64,000 nt of DNA from Octopus vulgaris (taxonomy: Eukaryota). Of this stretch, positions 55,801 to 64,000 are shown piece by piece. The position numbers were made by a program, and so were the translations under genes. Within the stretch, counting starts at the first letter, position 1. Each line of letters opens with the position of its first letter. The stretch covers positions 108,934,001 to 108,998,000 of the forward strand of contig OX597823.1 of NCBI GenBank assembly GCA_951406725.2, given 5' to 3'. A model generated the notes under the pieces. The model was not told the DNA's origin and ran no database searches. It saw nothing but the letters and a program-made list of their open reading frames with translations.

Positions 55801-56522
55801 GTTCTCATAATTGTTTCGCTAATCCAATAACAACATTACAAAGTATGTAGCCCTTAAAATAATTTTTGTACATTTACAAAAATACCGAACTGTCTTACAC
55901 AGGATTTTGTTTTTAGGAATTCCTAATAAGTTATGAATACCCAAATTGTGAAGTCTGTTATGTAATAACATGAAATTAGTTAGCCGATAGTAAGAATTCA
56001 AATAAAGTAGCCTCGAAAAGGGCTTTAATGCGTTCTCAGAGTATATAGAACTTAGGAGGAAATACTAGTAAAGTATGTATACTAAAATCGTGAAGCATGT
56101 TACGTAATAACGAGCTAATCAGATATGAGATAACATTTCAAAGTAAATAACTCTGAAAAGGGCTTTTGTCCGTTCCCAGAGAATATTACCCTCAGCGGCG
56201 CTAGTGTTGGTATATGAGCGAATAAGTCACTAACAGAAATAACTGGATTTATTCTATTTACAGAAATAAGTGGATTTATTCTATTCTAGGAAAATTCTAT
56301 TTACTTGTTTAAGGGTTGTACTGGTTAAATTGTGAAAATAACTCTAACAGTCCAAATACTAAGAAATAAGCATACTCAATTTGATTTATACCAAATGAAT
56401 TAAGAAAACTGAATGGGTTATTTCCCTTAGTTGTTAAAATCTGGCCGAATGGGTTATTTCCCTTGACTATTAAAAGGAAATATATTAGATAAATATCAGG
56501 GTTCTTTCCAGGAGCCCTATTA

Positions 56523-56685
56523 TTAATTTTTTGAACAATCTGAGTATACCATGAGGTTTCTAGACATGACTTCTACTCGCGTGTCAAGTTTCATCAGAAT
56601 CGATAAAACGATGTCGGAGGAGTTAGCTAACAACTCCACAAACACACCCCACTCACAGACAGACTTTCCCACATATGTAGTATAT

Positions 56686-56690
<5 letters not shown>
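56523..56690 (-). mobile_element. Helitron/Helentron-like 5' fragment
   Basis: Minus strand: TATACTACATATGTGGGAAAGTCTGTCTGTG...CGATTCTGATGAAACTTGAC, typical of non-autonomous rolling-circle elements. No 3' end found. Confidence 0.4.
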
Positions 56691-56751
<61 letters not shown>

Positions 56752-56865
56752 TTGGAACACCTTTGAACATAGGTCAAGCTGATCAGAGAGGACTTGCTGC
56801 AAAATAGCAATGACAACAACAACAACAGAAGCTACTACTACTACTGCTGCTGCTACTACTACTAC

Positions 56866-56896
<31 letters not shown>

Positions 56897-57612
56897 TCTA
56901 AAGCTGCTGCTGCAGCTGCTACTGTTGCTGCTACTATATCGATTCCACAAGGGAATATCTGCAAAGACATTTCGACTTGCAAGAAATAAGAACCAAATCT
57001 CCCTTACATCACCCCTACTATCTTTTCAAGTTCAAAATCCTTTCATCACCGGCGACCTAGCGCGGTTCTACACTTGTGTGTCTATTGTAAATCATGAACA
57101 CATCATTATTATAATTCAATGCTATTTCCAGTGCGTATATCGGTTAGAATTTTATGTCTGGCAATGTACTGCACAAAAGAACAATAGTTCGTAAGTATTT
57201 CCGATTGACCATTGTGTCCGTTACTGGGGAAGACAAAATTAAGCCAAACCCAATGTCTGACGGTACTTCCGTCGTTCGGAGCTTAATATGTCTTTTAGAT
57301 CACGAAGTCTCTAGAGAGAGGTCTCTCTGAGACAAAATCCCACAGCTGGCGTCTTTCTTTGTTTGTGTATACTACTTACCATTATTTTAAAGAGATAAAT
57401 TTTAGATTTTCTATAGCATTCAGAGCAGCAATGTAAAGTACGATATTTCGTATATGAATACGCCTATGTAAATTATGCAATGGAAGATAGAAAAAATAGG
57501 TCATGGGTGTATATACATATTTCAAGAGATATTCTGTTCTATATTTAAGAGATGAGGAATTATTTACATTATTTACATTCGACGGATATTTGTCCTCATC
57601 TTGTTTGCTGTT

Positions 57613-57658
57613 AACACAACGTTTCGGCTGATATACCCTCCAGCATTCTTCAGGTGTC
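57613..57658 (-). ncRNA. Minimal hammerhead ribozyme motif
   Basis: GACAC-CTGAAGA-AT-GCTG-gagggtatat-CAGC-C-GAAA-C-GTT-GTGTT. Stem I is GACAC/GTGTT, stem III is a loopless ACGT palindrome, and the stem II closing pair is mismatched. Confidence 0.7.
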
Positions 57659-57734
57659 TTGGGGGAAATTTCGAACCTGGGTTCTCATTCCTAAGATATT
57701 CTTCGATATTATTATTATTATTAATATTATTATT

Positions 57735-58476
57735 CTATGTTTGACTTTTGCTTTATATTTGTACAAGTTGGCTCCAAGTCTCACCCAGAGACCTCAAGAG
57801 ACAACAGGGTTGGAAGTTCATGTTGTTGTTATGCCTAGTGTGCCATATATTTGGGGGGTGGGGATGTTGTACTAATGAATGTCTAAAAAAAAAGGTTTTT
57901 TTTTTTTTTTGTTTTTTTTTTTTTTAAACCGAAAATTATGTTTGTTTTAAACCTTGAGATTACATAGAGAGTATTTTGCGTAGGATATGAGCAGTTCCCA
58001 TGAGCACTATCTTTTGAACTTCTGCCATTTTTGGGTTTCCTGGTATCTGAGTTAGGTAGCTATCAGCCCCTTTTGCTATCATTCCCAGGGCACCTATGAC
58101 AACAGATATTGTTTTAGTCTTCAGCTTCCACATTTTGCTGATTTCTATTTCAAGATCTTTATATTTGCTCAGTTTTTGGTAGGTCTTGACAGATACGTTT
58201 ATATCGATTGGGACAGTCATATCAATGAGGAGGCATGTTCTTTGTTTGAAGTCTTTCAATATGATGTCTGGCCTATTTGCATCTATCTTCCTGTCAGTTT
58301 GAATGGTGAAGTTCCAGAGGAGTGAGATGTGGTCATTTTCAAGCACTGGGGGTGGTTTGTGTTCCCACCAGTTTTTTTCATGGGGCAAATCCAGGTTTTT
58401 ACAGATTACCCAGTGAATATATTGTGCAGCTCTATCGTGCCTGTTGAGATACTCTGTAGGCGCTAGAAGACTGCAC
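57735..58476 (-). mobile_element. 5'-truncated Dong/R4-like non-LTR retrotransposon in (TAA)n
   Basis: Uninterrupted frame CSLLAPTEYLNRHD...NRPDIIL...LLIDMTVP...KLSKYKDL...VVIGALG...GTAHILRKILSM* (RLE domain). TAA repeats on both sides. Confidence 0.9.
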
Positions 58477-58501
58477 TTATTATTATTATTATTATTATTA
58501 C

Positions 58502-58556
<55 letters not shown>

Positions 58557-58720
58557 GTTCAGGTCATTGCTTGGAATCGAACTCGGAATCTTGGGGTTAG
58601 TAGCCCGCACTCTTAACCACTATGCCATATGCCGTGGGCATCGAAGAATACCTTAGGAATGAGAAACCACGTTCGAAATTTCCCTAAGGCACCTGAAGAA
58701 TGCTGGAGGGTATATCAGCC

Positions 58721-59152
58721 CACACCACACCGCATAACACCACTCTGCAGATACTAGCACTGACCACTTCCCAGCAACCACACGATCATCCACACACCGA
58801 CATATTACAGACGCACACACTTACACACGCACACATCCACACGACAGTCACCAGTTCCTATCCACACGCATACACTTACACGCTCCCACATACACACGCA
58901 CGCGCACCTTCACTTTGGGATCACCAATACTTTATTTTTTCCCCTTCTCCCTAACTACCTCTGTCCAACCAACCGCCATGATTAATTGCTAGCTCCAAAA
59001 GCTTTTTAAATTCTCCATGTGTTCTTTTCTGTTGAAGAGCGTAGGCTCGAAACGTAAAAGACTTTCTCACCTTCCCGAGCGATAAACTAATACACTTGTT
59101 TGTTGCTTATACACCTGTCTTCGTCTTTTGTTTTCCTGTAAATTTTGGCTAA
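58721..59152 (+). mobile_element. Family P element with longer upstream (CA-rich) region
   Basis: TCTTTTCTGTTGAAGAGCGTAGGCTCGAAACGTAAAAGACTTTCTCAC at 59023-59070; ends in (TA)n. Confidence 0.7.
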
Positions 59153-60269
59153 ATATATATATATATATATATATATATACGTAAAGGAATATGGTGAGAT
59201 TAAAATGAATAGGTTGTCGAAAGAGATGTAATTTCTTTCTTTTTTATTTATTATTTCAAGAGACTTCTACTTTGTCCTCGATAAGAGAAATAATAAAGAA
59301 AAAATAAATCATCCAGCGAATTGTCTTGATAGATATTTTCGTATACGAAACATTGAAATTTAGAGTGCCGGCTCTAAATTCTATAAAAATTCTATAGTTT
59401 ATCACTTAAAAGTGAGAATACCGCACTCCTAACACAAAAATCAAGACAGAATACTGACTTGTAAAACTTTAATGTACTTTGGTTGCAAAACGAAATAGTG
59501 TGTCCTTGTTAGTAATTAACACTTCTCATTATGTTTGCCATTGTTATTGTTTAATCCACGACGAGTTCTGAATACACAGAAACTTAAGGTCAATGTCACT
59601 ACGTCCGTCTTCATTTCAACCTGAAGACTATAAAACACATTATTCATTGCGTCCTAATATTTGTATGGTCTTTTGTTATTGTTGTTGTTGTCATTTGAAA
59701 CCATTTTAATCCCTGACTGAGATGATTTATGATTTATGAGTTATGATATAGCCAACTGATTATTTTGTTTGATGCAGCAGTAGTGGTAATAGGTGTAGTA
59801 GTCGACCATGTAGTTGTGGTTAGTGTAGTAAATCTGGCAGTAGTGGTTGATGTAGTAGCAGTTGTGGCAGTTTGTGTACTGGTACTTGTAATGATGGTTG
59901 TAGTAGTGCTTGTTACTGTAGGGGCGGTGCTAGGTGTAGTGGTAGAAGATTTCAGTGAAGTGGCAGTTGTGGTAATGGTTTCTGTTGTCATAAATGTGGT
60001 GCTAGATTTAGTATTGCTTCTGGTGGTAGCTGTAGTGGTTTTCTAATATCAGGTGTAGTGGGAACTGCTAAAGAGGCTGTAGTGGTGACTGTTGAGGTAG
60101 TAGTTTGTGTAGTGATGGTATTAGCTATAATGTTAGATGCAGTGATGGTAATAGTAGCTAGCATTAGTGATGGGCGTAGACATGCTGGCAATGATGGTGA
60201 TGTGGTGTTGGCATTATACTTTACTAGCAGAGATACCCGGTGTTGCTCGGGATTAAAATCGCATAGTCT

Positions 60270-60562
60270 TTTTATTGTTTTACTTGTTTCAGTCATGTGA
60301 CAGCGGCCAAGCTGGAGCACCACCTTTAGTCGAACAAATCGACCCCAGGATTTATTCTTTGTAAGTCTAGTACTTATTACTATCGGTGTCTTTTGCTGAA
60401 CCGCTAAGTTACGGAGGCGTAAACACAGCAACATCAGTTGCCAAGTGATGTTGGGCTACAAACTCAGACACACAAACAAATATATACATAGATACGAAAG
60501 TCTTCTTTCAATTTATATGTACGAAATCCACCCACAAGGCTTTGGTCGGCCTGAGGCTATAG
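60270..60562 (-). mobile_element. SINE family A
   Basis: CTGGAGCACCACCTTTAGTCGAACAAATCGACCCCAGGA...GAACCGCTAAGTTACGG. Confidence 0.8.
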
Positions 60563-60594
60563 TGTATACATACATACACACACGCCATGATAGA

Positions 60595-60775
60595 TCGTTA
60601 GCCACTACACACATTTTTACTCTCCTTGTTTTTTTCTGTGTCCTTCTTTCTCTTCTTGTTTTTTTTTTCTGTAGAAGAGCGTAGGCTCGAAATGTCAAAT
60701 ACTTTTGTATTCCTGAGCGTTATACTAATACATCTGCTTGTTTTGTACACCACCTGTGTTCGTAAACTCTCCCTA
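60595..60775 (+). mobile_element. Family P module
   Basis: TTAGCCACTACACACATTTTT...TTCTGTAGAAGAGCGTAGGCTCGAAATGTC. Confidence 0.8.
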
Positions 60776-60837
60776 AGTTGAATTCAACGTGTGTGTGCGT
60801 GTATATATATATATATATATATATACACGCACACACA

Positions 60838-61555
60838 CGTTGAATTCAACTTACGTTGAAAGTCAAAAATCAAAGTTCGCATTAGAAGTGTTGAGATGTA
60901 TTCAAAGATATGGAAATAATTTTATTCTCAAACGCAGGCTAATTCTACTAATATGGCAGGAACGGGATAAACTATTCATATTTTAGAGAAAAACATCTGA
61001 TGGCGACCAGTCATGAGACTCGAACTTGCATCCCTGTGATTACGCATCCAGTGCCTTACCATTAAGCTAAACTGACCCAACGACAAATTCTTCTGCAAAT
61101 TTAGGATATATAAATCTAGCTTTATAAGACGCTATCGTACGTTTGTTGACTTTCAACGTAAGTTGATTTTTCTGCAAATTATGAATAGTTTATCCTCTTA
61201 ATGCTATATTATTAGCATTATCCTCCATTTGAGAATAAAATTATATCCTTATCTGTATCTTTCAAAATATCTCAACGCTTCTAAAGCAAGGTTTGTTTGT
61301 AGACTTTCAACGTAAGTTGAATTTAACGTACAAAGCTAGATTGATATATCCTAAATTTCCAGAAGAGTTTGTCGTTGGGTCAGTTTAGATTAATGGTAAA
61401 GCACTGGACGTGTAATCACAGGGATATCTGTTTAAGTCTCATAGCTAGCCGTGAACATATTTTTGTTCAAAATATGTATAGTTTAATCATGTACGTACTA
61501 TATTATTAGCATTATCCTGCGTTTGAGAATAAAATTATTTCCTTGTTTGTAACTT
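60838..61555. repeat. tRNA-like ~285-bp unit in inverted plus tandem arrangement
   Basis: Minus copy at 60838-61123 and permuted plus copies at ~61175-61555. tRNA-like segments at 61005-61078 (-) and 61377-61450 (+), with A box TAGCTTAATGG and B box GTTCGAGTC in the minus copy. Confidence 0.8.
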
Positions 61556-61569
61556 TCAGTACATATATA

Positions 61570-63200
61570 CAGTGGCGGCAAAAATGTTCAGAACGGCATT
61601 GTTTTCGTCAGAAAAGTAAGTATAAGTTTTTATCAAAGTTGTTTTATATTCTATAATTTTCACAGACAATAAATACGATATTATTTGTTATTACCTGAGA
61701 TGTTGGTGTAATTTGAGAGGATAATACAAAAGTTATGGATGATTTAGTGAGTTACTGCAAAACCCATGGCAGGCCGAAATGATCAGAACGGTTGCTTTTA
61801 CTCCGTGTTTTAGTATATTTAACCGGCGAACTCTAATGTTTTTAATTTGTTTACGTGACGGTTCATTAACTAAACATTAGTAAGAATATTTGCAGTGTAC
61901 TTTGTTAATATAATGCCACTTACTCCGTTACCAATTCGTCAGTAGATTATTAAACTTCGAAGGAAGGATAATTTAAGTATTGGATCTATTGCGAAGATTG
62001 TTAACAAGTCAAAAAGTGTTGTACACGGTATTCTTAAGGTCTACGATGATTGTGGTTCGTGTGAAGCAAGAAAGTTTACAGGTAGGCCAAGAAAAACGAC
62101 CAAAAGAGAAGATCGTGCTATGGTAAAGTTGGTTAAAAAGGACAGATTTAAAACTGCTGCTGCTGTTTCTCGGAAAATGAGCATTGTATTGAAGAAAACT
62201 TTATCTCGAAAAACTGTGTCTCGTCGTTTAGTTGAACATGACCTACAGGCAAAGGCCACTTGCAGTGAAGCCACTGATCAGCTCCAAGAATAAAAAGTGT
62301 CGTCTTACCTTTGCAACCGAACATGTGTTGTGGTCTCAAGTAAAATGGCAAACGGTGCATTTCAGTCATGAATCTAAGTTTATGTTATTTGGCTCAGATG
62401 GGAAAAGGTACGTTCGTAGAAAAGTAGGTGAAAAATTTTCGCCTAAATGCCTTAAGACTAGTGTTAAATTCGGTGGAAGAAGTGTCATGGTTTGGGGGAT
62501 GATATCTGGAGATGGTGTGGGCCCTTTGGTGCGATTACATGGAAAGTTAAATGCAGGAGTTTATAAACAACTTGTAAAAGATCATGTCTTGCCTGTGCTG
62601 AGAAATTCAACTAAGTGACCACCCATATTCATGCAGGACAATGCCCCATGTCACAAGGCTAAGGTGGTCATGAACTTCCTCAAGGCTGAAAAGGTTATTG
62701 TTATGGATTGGCCTGCTCAAAGCCCAGATCTCAATCATATTGAAAATATATGGAATATTCTAGGAGAACGTTCGAAAACCAGAAATCCTAAAACAACTGA
62801 GCAATTATGGAATGCCCTTCAGGAAGAATGGAATAAGATCACCCAGCAAGAAATTGAAAATTTAATTTCCTCATGCAGTCGAAGATGTCAGGGTGGGATT
62901 GAAGCTAAAGGGCTTCACACTAAATATTAAATAATTCCAGTATTCTCTGTCGTTTTTGATTATTTTGTTAATTTTTCAACCGTTCTGATCATTTTGGCCG
63001 CCATGGGTTTTGCAGTAAATCACTAAATCATCCAAAACTTTTGTATTATCCTCTCAAATTACACCAAAATCACAGACAATAACAATTAATATTGTATTTA
63101 TTGCCTGTGAAAATTATAGAATATAAAACTACTTTGATAAAAACTTATACTTACTTTTCTGACGAAAACAATGCCGTTCTTAATATTTTGGCCGCAACTG
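61570..63200 (+). mobile_element. Full-length Tc1 (DD34E) transposon with ~220-bp TIRs
   Basis: TA|CAGTGGCGGCAAAAATGTTCAGAACGG...CCGTTCTTAATATTTTGGCCGCAACTG|TA. An inner repeat AAATGATCAGAACGG gives IR/DR organisation. Confidence 0.95.
61913..62930 (+). pseudogene. Tc1 transposase pseudogene
   Basis: GRPRKTT, FSHESKF (first catalytic D replaced by H), VMVWG, QDNAPCH-34-E (WPAQSPDLNHIEN), GLHTKY*. Stops at 61943 and 62616 plus a frameshift near 62230. Confidence 0.95.
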
Positions 63201-63473
63201 TATATACATACATGTATATATATACATAGTGAAACTATCTATAACTTACTTCGTCGAAGGTTTCACTTTTATTCTTCGAGTTTTGAGACATAAATACGAA
63301 ACCAAGCCAATGTTACATTGCTTTAAATCTAATAAAAATTACATTTTGACACCCCTGGTGTCTCATAGTATTATCATGTAAAATTTTACTTGATTTGGTT
63401 AAGCCGATTGAGAATGCATTGGGAACAGACAGAGAAACAAAGGATAATATATATATATATGTGTGTGTGTGTA

Positions 63474-63858
63474 TTATATATAAAACCCGTTCTGTCTGTC
63501 TGTGTGTGTGTCTTCTCGGATCTCGGGCATCCTCCATCCGATGGAGCTCAAATTTGATATGTAGATACCGACGGTATCAGGGCGTGTATACGTCTTGAAA
63601 AAAATTACAAAAATCGATTCCAGGTGAGAATGCGATCGGTAAAGCCGTGGGAACGTGCATTTGTACGCGCAAGTACATCAACTGTTCCGATCGATACTAC
63701 GCGTACGCGAGAAAAATGCCCGTGGAGTTTGCGCAAAAAAAGTCGGCTGGCTTGAAATAATGCCACAAAATGGGGCGGTCGGACAAGTTGTCTTGAGAAA
63801 ATTTGGTTTAAATGTTTGACAACTCAGCACCGTCCATTGTACGGTGGGCGTTTTGCGC

Positions 63859-63860
<2 letters not shown>
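63474..63860 (+). mobile_element. Helitron-like non-autonomous element, 5' part
   Basis: TATATATAAAACCCGTTCTGTCTGTCTGTGTGTGTGTC...CTCAAATTTGATATG resembles the 585 element type. No CTAG end seen. Confidence 0.45.
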
Positions 63861-63905
<45 letters not shown>

Positions 63906-64000
63906 TATGTTTATGTCTTCCAGTTTCAGCTCTTGAGCTGTGGCCATGCTGATATATATATATATATATATAAACAATTACCTCCCTTTTATTTATCTAC

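Larger units (their letters stand above)
57534..58720 (-). mobile_element. tRNA-headed, hammerhead-bearing short element with inverted 5' duplication
   Basis: Minus strand: tRNA-like head (58633-58560), (TAA)n spacer, then a body with an HHR (57613-57658). 58639-58720 is an inverted copy of ~57626-57708. Confidence 0.8.

Noticed and set aside
58560-58633. Functional tRNA gene (also 61005-61078, 61377-61450, 11060-11135)
   Set aside because: Acceptor and T stems do not pair properly and each is fused to a repeat body, so these are SINE-type heads.

Overview
Eukaryotic, AT-rich and repeat-saturated intergenic or intronic DNA. The SINE families and dense microsatellites suggest an Octopus (cephalopod) genome; this is inference from recalled repeat sequences, not a database search. 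No intact protein-coding gene is evident, and almost all ORFs in the track are microsatellite artefacts. There is one plausible host exon (2726-2934). Recognisable content: tRNA-derived SINEs of at least 3 families, a full-length but inactivated Tc1 (DD34E) element, a mariner-type deletion derivative, an 8-bp-TSD MITE, Helitron pieces, and decayed non-LTR retrotransposons (RTE, RTE-X, Tx1/L1, Dong/R4-like, HERO-like, Penelope). The most notable signal is a set of minimal type I hammerhead ribozyme (HHR) motifs in short Penelope-type modules. These include one apparently intact HHR (41168-41272), a tRNA-headed SINE-like element carrying an HHR (57534-58720), a 344-bp palindrome folded back at an HHR stem II (14181-14524), and a six-copy family with a non-canonical CUGUNGA core. 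Boundaries of decayed repeats are approximate, read by eye.
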